Part shown: one piece after another, positions 11,571 through 24,100 of the stretch
How the letters are laid out: each line of letters begins with the position of its first letter
Position numbering within the stretch: position 1 is the first letter of the stretch
Assembly: GCA_020536535.1 (NCBI GenBank)
Contig: JAHLWZ010000681.1
Coordinates: 1 to 48,695 of the forward strand
DNA from: Pelomyxa schiedti
Lineage: Eukaryota; Protista; Evosea
Reading direction: 5' to 3'
Length of the DNA: 48,695 nt
Translations under genes and position numbers: made by a program
The notes under the pieces: generated by a model
Database searches by the model: none
Told to the model about the DNA's origin: nothing
The model's input: the letters and a program-made list of their open reading frames with translations, nothing else

Positions 11571-11947
11571 TGGTGTCTCTTGGGAACAATTGTTTTTTTT
11601 TTTTAAATACGTCGCGCGTGTGATCAACGTTCCAGTACGGTGTTTTCGCGGTTGGAAGCAGATCTGATCCAGCCGACTCCTACACTGGAAGCCTGGAATC
11701 AGGAACTCTCCACCCTAGCATCAGTGCACCCATATCGATCGCTATGTATAGCGAGAAACCAAGGGAGGAGCTGTAAGGTGGGAGGTTGTTTGAGCATTTC
11801 AGAGGAATCAAAAGCGAAACATTGGGATCTCCGTTACGTGAACGCGACAAACAAAACAGAACAAAAGAAAAAAAAAAGAACACAACTATAACCAAAGACA
11901 CTCGCACGCCGGCGGTGCTACTACATATTACGACTTTTATTAAATAA

Positions 11948-13235
11948 ATGGGTCAACTACTCGCTCACTTGATGCACCATGACGACGCTGCCCAGATCTT
12001 TATCGATTTTGAAAGTATGGTCACCTTTTCATGTGGGTGTTTTTAAAAATCCGGTACAATAGATGCGACACCGGCCCCTGCCGAACAGGCTCTATGGCAA
12101 CAGATTCATGATGTTTTGCAAACTGGGCCTACTATCTTGCAGAAACTCATAGAATACGTAGGATGCGAGCAGTGGATTTATGCTGTGCGTCACATTCGCA
12201 AATAATTTCCTCTCAAAAACATGCAATTTACTTTTCACAGGCAATTCAAAATCCCAATCCTGAAACCGAAGATACAGCTTGGAACAAGGTTCTTCCAGCA
12301 GTTGATCAACTGCAAGAATTTTACGAATTCTCTCTTTTACTTGGTATTCACTCATTTGTTGTTATTTTTTCTTATAATTGCAGAACAAAGCTTCCCCAAG
12401 CTCCTGGTTGCGCTTTGCAAAGATGACCCAAAAGCCAGCTTGTCTAACCAACAGGCACTTGCCAAGCAATTGGGTGATGTTTTCGATTTCGTGCTTCGAT
12501 TTGACGACGCCAAGGTAAAACAGAATTCTCGTGTGGTTGTAACCTTGGACTAGATGGTCAATCCAGCTATTCAAAACGATTTTTCGTATTACAGAAGAAC
12601 ACTGAGCCGCATGAAGTTGTCAAAGAAGGATCTCAACATCAAGGTTCGTGATGAGCTGGCTAATAGAATGTCTCTGTTCTTCGCATATCCCACTCCAATG
12701 ATGAAGGTACTGCTTTAAATCCTGTTGCCACTTCCTTTACATCATTTTTTCTCCCAAAAGGTTTTATCCGAGACCACAGCAAAGTTTCTAGATGCTAATG
12801 CAACAGTACCTCGTGAAAATGTAACTCAAGCACTCGGTCACATGGCGAACATTTGTCTGGACATGGTGGATAAACGACGGTATTGTGAAAACGATTCTAC
12901 TCCCTTATTTATACTGTCTTATGGTTTTCCCCCCTAGATTCACCTCCAATGACACCAACATGTTCTGTCTTCGCGTAATGACTGGTGCAATTATCCTGTA
13001 TGATCACGTTTCTGAGAGTGGTGTCTTTACCAGGCGGTCCCCTGTTAATGTAATTTCTTCACCTTGTTAGCAGTCAACTTACACAAATTAGATCAAAGGT
13101 GCTGTACAAGTTCTCAAGGCCTATTCAACATCCACAACAACATCCACTGATGGTCTAGTCAACGCACTTCGGTTCACCACTGTACATCTAGCCGACGCTG
13201 AGACACCAGGCTCCATCAAACAGTTGTTAGCTTGA
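11948..13235 (+). CDS. CYRI: CYRI/FAM49 (CYFIP-related Rac1 interactor)
   Basis: MG start (myristoylation); [73 protein letters not shown] and LVNALRFTT. Confidence 0.95.
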
Positions 13236-13338
13236 ATTAATAACAAAAAATCCTGCACTGTACACACTACTTTTTCGTTTCTTGGTTTTGGCAGAAATTG
13301 AATTTTCTGCCCAAGCCAAAAATTGGATTTGTGTTCAT

Positions 13339-15681
13339 TTAGTTTTGTTTTGCATGTGGGGATAGGTAAAATCGCCACAGCACAATAAAACCAATCACAG
13401 ACAGAACAATGACAACCGCGATTGGCACTACTATTGCTATGATCAGTGCACGGGTGGTGATTCCGTGTGTTGGTGGATAGGTAATATCAGTCCGGTCTAT
13501 GACGTGGTGTGTCATTGAGGTGGATTGATAGCCAGGGGGGGCAAGAGTCTCGAATGCTGAATAGGTTTTGGTTTTGGGTCAAGTGATTACTGTATTTGAG
13601 GAATTGAGAGTGGTACCGAATTCTTGGTACAGGCGGCCTCCTACCCACACGTCGCCGGGCACGCTACTCATGGATGTTACTATGGTAATGTTTTCACTGC
13701 CTATCATTTGGCCTTGGGTGAGATTGACTGTCAGGAATGACTACCACGCAAGGAAATGAGAATAAATTAATGAAAACGGTCAGGGAAAGAGGAATTAACT
13801 GGTCTGGAGAAGCTCACAAAGTCGTAGAAAATCTGATGAAGGCTCCAAGTTGTGTTGAGGGAAATTTTAAACTAACGAAGGTTTTAGTGTGAGTAACTGT
13901 GACGGTTACATACCTGTGGGCCAACAAGCCAATAATTGAAGTCATAGGATGGAGTGGAGGGTGTATAACGGTACGAACAGTTCAGCTTCAACTGAAATTC
14001 GATGACTTCATCCAAATCTTCCACAACAAGGCATGTGTGGTCACCATTCAAAACAGAATCGCTCTCACTTACAGTCTATTTACAAATAAGAATTGTGCAA
14101 TATGACACAGTAACACACGGGTTGGACAAGCGAACAATTTGAAGGAGAAAGGACTTCCAGGGAGCAACTAAAAGGGGACTGTGTTTCACATATTGAGCCC
14201 TGATAATCCTCGGGGCAGGTGCACCAAGTAATATTTACATTTTGGTAGCAATAATTGCTGCAAGGCACCTAAGTGGGCTGTCAAATGATTTCAAAGTAAA
14301 CGGGAGCATACACACTGAAGAGGTTACAGAGGCAGTGCATACATTTGGGTCACACTCTAGCTGGAGAAAAGTTATGATTAAACAATACAAACTTCTGGAA
14401 AATCTCACAGTACCTGCAACGTTTCGCACGTTGTCCATGGCGAATCACAAGTAACCTGGGTAAAATAAATCGCAATAGGAAAAAAAGATAACGCAAATAC
14501 CTCCTTAATTTCACATCCTGTATTATTTATCTGTGTGGTTCCTGACACACTCACAAGTGAGTTGTTACAAAAGACCTATCGATTGATATAAACAGGACTG
14601 AAATATATAGAGCCTAAAAACCTGTTGCTCTGAGCACTTGAAGCCATACGACTGATATCCAAAAGAAGTGTGATCACTGCATTGTATCTTGGGAGGGATA
14701 GATTAGAAAAGATCTTAATGTAAAGTGGGATACCTGAACTGGGTTCGTGGCCAAGCTCCCTCTTCTGTTTGAAAACTGTACTGATCAGAAGACAAATGGG
14801 ATTGGATATCTTACTCTGAGGATTGTACAATTGTTGACTTGGTGTTGCTCACTTAAGTTGACATGTAACTGGTTACATATTAACTGTTTGAATGTGTAAG
14901 AAATCCCCAATATCAAACGGGGGAACAACAGAAAGAACTTCACAAGAATCAGAAAAAAGGAATCTAGCAGTAGTTGAGGTATCTCTTGACACTAGAGAGC
15001 CATTGCAAACCATCTATGCTCTGGTTGTTAGATTATGAAGAAGTATGAACCTAAATTTTTTTAAAAAAAGGATATTCACCTGATCGACATAGCAATATGC
15101 CCCAGAGCAAGAATACTGCAAAAAAAATCTATAAGAACACACTAGCCAAAAAAGGAAAAGGATACCCTGTTCTGTACACTCCACAATTTCACGCCTGGAT
15201 AGCAATCAGGCTGAGTCTCAGTCGAATCGGCGCCACCACCTTGGCTTGCGCCTGCCCCACCCGTGTCCCCGCCTTCACCATTATCATCATCAACACAGTC
15301 TTCATCTTGCTCCGAGTCGCCGTCCACGGTGCGAGTCTTGCGCCCCTGCACCAGCGATGCCAGAGTTGCTTCCCGTGGCCGAGACCGAGACTGCCCCCCA
15401 GCAGCAGCAGCAGCAGGGGAGAAGGATGCCACGGACCTGGCGACCGCGACGGCGGCGCGGGAGGACGACTGGGCCGCGGAGGCCAGGCGCAGCCACGCGG
15501 GGTCGTCCAGCGGGCCCCAGGACGAGGCCGAGCGCCACAGCCATACGCACCCGAGGCAGCACGCGCACAGGCACAAGCACAGGCAGCCGGCGGCCACGGG
15601 GCGGCGCCAGCCCGCTCCCCCCTCCGTCGCCAGGCGGTCGCCGCTGGCCATCGGTGTAGTTGTGGACCCACTCGGCCGCAT
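13339..15681 (-). CDS. Cys-rich membrane protein with EGF-like module and C-terminal transmembrane helix
   Basis: N-terminal hydrophobic segment; repeated xCN-starting exons (MVCNGS, LICNQL, VFCNNS); CTCPEDYQGSICE (EGF-like); C-terminal LIIAIVVPIAVVIVLSVIGFIVLW. Start codon uncertain. Confidence 0.6.
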
Positions 15682-16464
15682 CCTCTTCGCGGTTGTTCGT
15701 GCAGAATGAATGTGATCAGTGATACAGTGGTGGCCAAAGGGCACTCTGGCAATCCCGGAGATGGAGGTGTCCACCCTTGCGGAGTGAGGGAAGTGGGTTT
15801 TGGACAGAGGAAGTGGGCGTGATCCACCACTTGTGTATGTTAAGGGGAAAAAGACTGGTGTTGCTGGTTTTTTGTCCTGAGGCTAACTCAAACATCTGCG
15901 GGAAGGGCAGCTGGACAGGGAGTTGATATTCGCGCTGACGAGAATTCGGGCCACATCGGTTAGAACTCCTGCCTTTGGAAGATATCCTCCTGTTTGCGCC
16001 TGTCACCGAGGAAAAAGCAACTGTGAATTTTGGTTACACAAACGACAACAAGTTTCATCAACTTTTGAAGCAACAAAACCGGGAAAAGCGCAACAAAAAC
16101 ACAAAAACAAACAAAATAAAAAAAACCGAGCAGTACGATGTCGAAGAGGGGTGGTGCGTCGCAGATCTTTTTGTTTCATTTATTTCTCTTATTTCCATTG
16201 GCTGGCTGTTGTCATCACTCATTTGTTGCACTTGTCACCCACAACTCATCTGGCATTAGAAAAAGCTCCGGCGACTGAAAAAGACGCCAAAACAGCGACG
16301 ACTACTACGACTTCCAGTTTGTGCCAAAATAGAAACGAACACAACTACACTTTGTGTCAAACCAAGCACTCGCAAGACATGTGCGACGCAACCGCTCGCC
16401 GCCAACACATTCACTTGGCACACTCTTTTTATCACATCGCTCTTGTGGACTATAATCTGACTAA

Positions 16465-17937
16465 ATGACAGCGTCAGCTTCAGACAAGAAGGGCGCCAAG
16501 GCCCCGCCTGCTGACTCTAAGCCAGAAAAGGCAGACGCCAAGGCTGATTCCAAGGTTGGCGACAATTTACCAAAGAATTCGCTCTTCTTGCTACACTTCA
16601 CGTGTTCCGTATTGTTTTAAAAATAAATAGGCCAAGAAAGATGATGCTAAGCCAGCAAAAGAACCTGCCACAAAGTCGTCATCCAAAACTGACAAGACCA
16701 CTGGGAAATCTGGCAAAAAAGCCGATAGTGATAGTGGAAGTGACAAGGAGTCAAGTGAGAAGTCTAAGTCAACTAAAAAGCCAGCCAAGTCCGACAAAAC
16801 AGAGAAGGGGAAGGACAAAGCCGACAAAGCAGAAAAAGGTGATGGGGAAAAGGCTGCACCCAAAGGAAGGGGAAGAGGCGGTGCGCAATCTTTTTTTTTT
16901 TTCTTTCTCCTCTCATCTTTCTCTAGGTAAAAAGAAGAAACCAGCTGGTCCCCCAAAGCCCAAAGTAAAACTAACCGAGGAGCAAAAGAGAGAGCAGAAA
17001 AAAAAGCACCGAGAGAAGGAGATTGCAAGGCTGAAAGAGGCTCAAGGTAACCTGTTGCAAAATGTTACTGAAGGCCGTATTCCTAAGCCCGTTCGCAAGG
17101 TTAACTTCATTCAACCCAATCATGCCTAACCTCCAAAAATAGTTGAGTCTGTGCCCCAGTAAGGAAAATCCTCAGGGATACATTGATGTCACAGTAGATA
17201 GCGTAATTGTTCTCCCATTGTTTTTTCTTCGCCCTAAGAAAATGTAGAAGGACTTACCAAGGTCCCCACCAAGAAAGACGAAGCCAAGGACAAGGAAAGC
17301 AAAGAAACACCACAAACACTCCTCCTCCAGTGAAGAAGAGGAAAAACCCAAGAGTAAGAAGCACCATCACCACCACCATCACAAGAAGAGTGATGACGAG
17401 GAGGAAGAAGATAAACCCGCCAGCAAAGCAGATAGTGAGGCACTCGAACCCGAGAAGCCCGAAGGAGCGGCTTCAAAGGGGAAGACAAAAAAACCAAAGA
17501 AGGAGGACGCTCCCGAGGAAGCTCCGGAAAAGGAAAGTTCAGAGGAAGCTCCCGCTAAACCTGAAAAACCCAAATCGGCTGAGGCTGCCCCAGCTGACAA
17601 AACTGTAAAGGATGCTCCCAAGGCAGACAAGGCCGATAAAGCAGATAAGGCGGACACAAAAGCTGATAAAGCAGATAAAGCAGACAAGGCGGACACAAAA
17701 GCAGACAAGGCTGACACAAAAGCAGACAAGGCGGACACAAAAGCAGACAAGACTGACAAAGCCGACAAATCAGACAAAGCCGATAAAGCTGATAAGTCAG
17801 ATAAAGTACTTCCAGAGAAGCGAAAGGAACCGGCGAAGGCCCCAGAGAAGTCCGACAAGCCAGAGCCACCCAAAGAGGCCGCACCCGAGGAAGAAGCTAA
17901 ACCCGGCGCTGCTAAGAAGCCAAGAACCAAGTCCTGA
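16465..17937 (+). CDS. Lys/Ala/Asp/Glu-rich low-complexity protein with ADK repeats
   Basis: ATG at 16465 (MTASASDKKGAK); four GT-AG introns; the final exon reads ...KHHHHHHKKSDDEEEED...(ADK/ADTK)n...KKPRTKS*. This frame is missing from the ORF track. Confidence 0.75.
17623..17805 (+). repeat. Coding tandem repeat GCnGAyAAr / GCGGACACAAAA (ADK, ADTK units)
   Basis: Read directly: gcagacaag gccgataaa gcagataag gcggacacaaaa and further copies. Confidence 0.9.
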
Positions 17938-18250
17938 AGGAACTCACAAACATACACAAAAAGCAGCCACCCACTAGTAGTAGTAGAAAAGAACAACAAG
18001 GTGTAAGTTAACGCCCCCCTTTGTGTACAGGAAGGCAAAGGGGAAAAAAAAACAATTGTCTTTTACTCTTTGTTTTGTTCCGCAGAGCTACTGGTGCCCC
18101 TCCCCTGTCATCTCTGAATCTTTGTTCTAAGAATCGAATTCGATTTGATTTTGATTTTAGCTTTCAACGATCTCTACTAACAGCCAGCTTCAAAGCCGGT
18201 AAAAAAGAAAAAAGAATAAACCAACAAGGGCGCGTCATCCATCACGACCA

Positions 18251-20983
18251 ATGCAACCGTACACGAGCGACCCACAACCTGTCCCACCCGTGGGGTCTGA
18301 GACCGCTGCCCCAGTCCAAAACGCAGCGCCCGTGGTGCCTTACTTCGGGGTGCCTCTAGGGCGAGTTATGGGAGCGGACGGGGCCCTCCCCGAGCCTGTC
18401 GTGCAAGTCCTCTACGTGCTTGAGTGTTGTGTTCCTGCTCAGGAAGATCTGTTCGATCTGTCAGCAAACACACCCAACTTGGCCGAACACCCCAAACTCA
18501 AGGAATTACGTCATGCATTTGACACTGGTGTGGAAAATCCCTTGGCTGAGGTTCTAATTCTTACCTTCTCTTCAACCCCTGCCAATTCCACGTTTATTAA
18601 TGAATATCTTGGTTTCTCTCTCTCTTTTTTTTTTTCTCCCTCCCTCTGTGAATATGGCAGGAAGGTGATCCACAAGTAGTTGCAGCACTTCTTGTTTTGT
18701 ACCTTCGCATGCTGCCACATCCAGTAATACCTCCAAAGTACTACTTTACTTATCTGAGGCTTTCAGCAATTCCATCTCCTTGGGCAAGATTTAGGCAAAT
18801 GAGAGTTTTGACAAACAAACTGCCTACCATTGCGAAAGTACTTACACTCCGGTTGCTCAACTTCTTGCACTCCACTGAATTGGACAAGAATAAACTAGCA
18901 GGAGTCTTCTCCAAGTACATGCTGCGTCCAACTTTGGAACTGCCTCCTGAGCACATTCCAATCCCGCAACCAGTCAACAGAATTATTGCTGACATGATAG
19001 AGCAAGCTGACTATCTTTCCCTTTCTATGGAAGAGCCTATTGTTACTGACCCTGCACCCCCAGCTGAACCTCCTAATGAGTTCAAGCTTGTTGGATTTGC
19101 CATGTACGATTTTGATGGTCAGGGTGCGTAATAACTTTCTTGGGTTAATTCATGCCAAATGCATCCAGGTGCTTCTGGTGTTCTTTCTTTCCATGCAGGT
19201 GATCGTATACAATTGATCAATGCTTATCAAGATGATTGGCTAGAGGGCATAATTAACGGTTCTCCTGGATTTGTGCCATCTGGATATATAGAACTTATTC
19301 CAATGTCTCCCCCTAATCCCACTGGACGTGGTGGCAAAGTGCAGGGTACCCCTCCCCCTATGCCCACTGCCATCCCCCCTCCAGTGTCCATACCATCGGT
19401 AGAACCACCAATTTTACCCCCGGTCTCTCCCTCACTATCTCCTACCCCAACACAGCTCACTCCAGCTCCAATTCAACCCACTCCTACAGTAATAGAGGAA
19501 CCCCCAGCTACGTTAATTCCATCGGAACCTATTCCATTACCACCGGACCTCCCAGCCATTCCACTACCTCCTCCCATGCCCATCTTCCCTCCAATCGATA
19601 TCCCAATTGACATTCCCAATTTACCAGCTCCAATGGCCCCAGCGCCTCCTGCACCAACTCCAAAATCTGCACCCGCCCAGGCACCTACCCAAACTTCGCA
19701 AGCACCAACGCCAACTCCACAGGCACCAACACCAACTCCACAATCATCAACACCCCACTATCAACCACCTCCACCACAACCAGTGTATAATCCTACAACA
19801 TCAACTTATCAAACATCATCACAACCCACTCAATATCAGTCATACCCAAGTACCACACAATTATCTTCAACGCCACCACAACAGCAAGTGCAGGTGCAGG
19901 TGCAAGTGCAAGTTCAGGTCCAACAGCCCCAACAACAGCAACAAGGGGTACCTCCACCGCAACTCACTCAGCCACTGAATCAATCACAGTCCCTTACAAT
20001 TGAATATCCCCATGCTCAAGTGTCTACAAGTGCAGCCGACGCTGTATGTAACTTTTGACAACTTTCCCTCCAACTAAAACTTCCATACAAGAATTATGAG
20101 CCCCTTCCTTCAAAGGCGCCTCCTCCAGTGAGCCACAAGACACCCGGCAAAGTTCCAAATCCCGATGAGTGTGGGGAGAGTAATCACATCGTAGTAGTTG
20201 TTGGAAGTGGTGGTGTGGGTATGTTTGAGTGTTTTTATACTTGCAGTTATTAATTCTTCTAGGAAAATCCGCTCTTACAATTGCCTTTGTACAACATAGT
20301 TTTGTAGAAACATACGACCCGGTATATGTTCCATCGGTTCTTTTTCTCATCAACTTATACACTACTACAGACAATTGAGGTATTGAGCACAGTTTCATTG
20401 AAGTTATTGATCGAACTTCCAATTAGGACTCTTACCGACAGCAAGTCGTTGTAGATGACGCATCAAGTGTTTTGGATATTCTTGATACCGCTGGTACATT
20501 TCTCGTTTTATCTTGCTATTTTTTTTTTTTTAACCAAATTCTCCACTAGGTCAGGAAGAATTCAGTGCTATGAGGTAGAAGGCTTATTTTCCCCTTTCTC
20601 CCATAATTACTCGCTAACACCGTTAACCAAGGGACAAATACATGCATACGGGGCACGGCTTCATCCTCGTTTTCGCGCTGACTTCAGCCTCGTCGTTCCA
20701 CGAAATTCCCGATCTGCACACCCACATCCTCCAAGTCAAAGACGCGGACTTTGTGCCCCTCGTTCTCGTTGGAAACAAGTGCGATCTGTACGACCAAATA
20801 GAGGTTAGCATAGCCGACGCGACCAAGTTCGCCCAGTCGATCAACGCGCCCTTCTTCAAATCCAGTGCCAAGCTAAACATCAACGTGGATGAGAGTTTCC
20901 ACCAACTTGTGCGCATCATTCGCCAGCACCGCGCCAAACAAAACACTGGCAAGCCAAAGAGAAAGCTATGCCGACTACTCTGA
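18251..20983 (+). CDS. Multidomain protein: RhoGAP-like (no Arg finger) - SH3 - Pro/Gln-rich linker - Ras GTPase with CAAX
   Basis: RhoGAP: FGVPLG..LPEPV..EDLFD..VAALLVLYLRMLPHPVIP. SH3: AMYDFDGQGASGVLSFHAGD..DWLEG..GFVPSGYI. Ras: GSGGVGKS, YDPTIEDSY, DTAGQEEF, NKCD, SAK, C-terminal CRLL*. All joined by GT-AG introns. Confidence 0.88.
19885..19920 (+). repeat. (CARGTN)6 coding repeat giving (QV)6
   Basis: caagtg caggtg caggtg caagtg caagtt caggtc, in the frame of ORF 19159..20058. Confidence 0.85.
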
Positions 20984-21182
20984 GGAAAGTGTCATCCCAC
21001 AATCGAACCTGAGTACAACCACACCCACAAAGGATTGAATCACCTCCCACGTGTAATGAACTAACAAAATTTTTTCGTTTGTTACTAGATAAGGCATCTC
21101 GATCTGCTAAATCCCCGTCAAGAATGACAAGGGGCATGTTCGATTGCCGGAAATTAAAACGTATTAATTAAATCTGTCTGGG

Positions 21183-24100
21183 ATGGCGAGCAGTGATGCC
21201 ACAGCGTCTGCGGCAACAATGTCGCGTAGATCTGCGGCGCAACCGCACTCGGCAGTGGAACGTGCATTTTATGCTGTGGCATCGTGGGTTCCTTCGCCAA
21301 AGGGCGACGACGCCACTCCCGAATCTCCTTCGCCGGCAGCCCCCAGCGCGAACGGGAACGGAAAACGCATTTTGGGAATGCCCAGAATCATCGCCACTGT
21401 GGTGGGCGTAATGCTTTTTGATTTGGGCCTTTCCATCGGCCTCTACAAGTTATTCGAGCCGGCGCGGTGCGGGGCACTTGCAACCGTTCTGCAGGAAAAT
21501 TATGGGAATGGAACACTCACCTCCACCACGACGGCGTATGTGTCAGGGCTGCAATCTTGCACTGATGATTTGGCAACGGATAGCATAATCCGGTGCTTGG
21601 CTTTGGTCGTTGTGTTGGCTGGTGCATGGCTCTTTGCGAGACACCCACAATTTGAACAGTTCCTTCCAGCAGACGTGGACCTGGAGGCTGCTGAAAGTGC
21701 TACAAACAAAAAAACTGGACAGGTACCTACTGGACGCGCGGCAAGGGAACGATTCCTACTTCAAGATAATGAAGACAAAGAAAGAATGCTGGAGGAAGAA
21801 GAAAGGGAAGTCGACCCTTGCACCCGCGCAGAGCGGCTTCGAAGGAGTGCCGTAGTGGCCGCCGACCGGCGGAAGAGATATGCACTAGGGTTTGCATTTG
21901 TAACTTGCACAGTATTTGAAGTCTATGTGGGGATCAAGGCAGTGGTTTTTGACTTCACTTCAGTTGTTCTCATATATCGCCCCCACGTTTAACTGACTGG
22001 TTAACAGGAAAAACTTCAAGCGGTGCAGTTTTGCTTAACTGTTCTTCTCATCAACTTGGAGCTATTTTTTGTATTCAGTGCCGTGGGTTACCTTACCAAA
22101 GATAAAGGACACCTTTTCCCACAAGTACACCATCACCCACTATTTTATGACTACTCTGTCGCTGGGCATAGATGTGAGATTCTTAAACAATGTTATGCTT
22201 TAACAACTTACAGGTGATTTTTGTGGCGGGAGAATAAGGGAGTCCTATAGATGTAATCCTTGTGACTACGACTTGTGCATGTTCTGCTTCAGGTCATCTC
22301 TATGGGCAACAACACCTAATTTCTCAATATCAAATAGAAAGAAAGACAAAAGAAAAGGAGAAAATCAACTTCGGAGTGATTCAGGGGTAAAAGAGACAGA
22401 ACGGCCGTCCAATTATCAGTACCTCACTCGAACCCTCTCTTTCGCGTCATCGAGCACAACCTTGATAATGGGGGCGTTTGCTTTCTTATTGATCTCATCT
22501 CTTTGTCGCCTGCTAACACCCAAGTATGTGGTCTGCTGTCCTGTTCCATTATATCATAGCTTCTGCGTAGCTATCAAGGTCACATCATTGACAACGTGGT
22601 GAAGACTGACTTCGAAGCATTTAAATATTGTATTTTAATGTACATTATCGTTGAAGTTATTGCTGCAGTTTTCGGATCACTCCGTGGCATATGCTTCAAG
22701 TACTCGTCTCCTACTAGAAAAATGTAAATAATACTAATAACAATTAGCATTGTCGCCAGTAAAATCGAAAATGGAATCCGCAACCACATGTTCAGCTCTG
22801 TTCTTATTCAAGATATTGCCTTCTTTGATGGTACAACTTCTGGTGAGGTGACCTCACGCTTGTATGGAGATACTCTTGCCATGGTAGGACCTGCCCAAGG
22901 AATCTTGAGGTGAGATCCCCTCTCTTTTTTCACAGTTATATTTTATCTTATTTATCTTTTCCATTGTGCAGTGAGCTCCTTACCAATGTTATTACCCTTG
23001 TTGGTGGGTTGATAATGTGTCTGGTGACCTCCTGGAAATTATCTCTTCTGGCATTCACAACCATTGGCCCCATTTTACTCATAACCAAATTGTATCTCCC
23101 CGCAAACAATCTTCCAACTCATAAGCAATAGTTATGCTAAATGGTCCCGGCATGTCACGAAGTGAGTTGCCATCTCCTTTCTTCATCTAAGTTGATCCAT
23201 TTTCCAAGGGAGATATGGGCAGCTCTGGGTGATGCCAATGCTGTTGCAGTGCAAGCCATATCCAACATTCGTACTGTGCGAGCTTTTTCTATGGAAAAAA
23301 GAGAAATTAAAGCTTACGGCATGGCTACTTCGGAAGCACTCTCCCAGAGAGTAAAAGTTGTCATCTTACCTAAACATTCCCTTTAACCAAATTCTGCCTA
23401 GGAAGCTATTTTTGGTGCTGGTGCTTTTGCAATCACTAATTCTGTTGATTTGGCAGTCGGCATACTTCTACTGTGCTATGGAGGTATTGTTGCCATGAAC
23501 GACCCGTCCAAGTATACTTTTAAAACAACAAAACCTGCTCCTAATTCAAATAACTTCTGCAAGACTTTCAGTTGGAAATCTTATTACCTTCCAACTTTAT
23601 TGGAACATGTTGAATAACAGCTATAGCTCCATTGCAGGCCAGATTTCTGCCATGGTGCGTGCAGGTGGAGCTGCACAACGGTTTGCACCTCTTAACGTTC
23701 TCTGTCAATGCTTAAAAACTCATAGTGTCATGGGGCTCCTGGAGAACCTCCCTGACATTGACCCCGACTCCGGGATTAAGGCCATTAACCTTGAAGGTTC
23801 CATTGAGTTCCGAAATGTACAGTTCTTTTATCAAATGCGACCCGAAAATATAGTTCTGAAGGATGTCTCTCTTAAGTGTGTCGAATGCTTAATTTGCACA
23901 CCTCACTCTCAATCAAGGATAGAAAGGGGTCAAACATGTGCTATTGTGGGAAGGAGTGGAAGTGGAAAGACAACCCTAATTAACTTGCTTATGCGCTATT
24001 ACGATACTCGAGGGGGTACAATCTTGATTGATGGAGTCAGTCTAAATGAGTGGAACCTGAGAAGTGTTCATGCCCATATGGGCTTAGTTTCTCAAGTACG

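Noticed and set aside
11194-11667. Several long ORFs on both strands rich in R/A/V
   Set aside because: Shadow frames of the GC-rich Ser/Ala/Thr first exon of the RasGAP gene.
15014-15079. ATATCCTTTT motif 4 nt inside the next intron of the EGF-like gene
   Set aside because: The frame is restored by the GTGAAT...CATAG GT-AG intron, and no U12 branch or AC end fits. At most a vestige.
15097-15830. Stack of 90-240 aa overlapping ORFs
   Set aside because: GC-rich first exon keeps frames open; only the minus-strand frame splices into downstream exons.
17379-18038. 219-aa minus-strand ORF with SALSA repeats
   Set aside because: Antisense of the ADK repeat exon.
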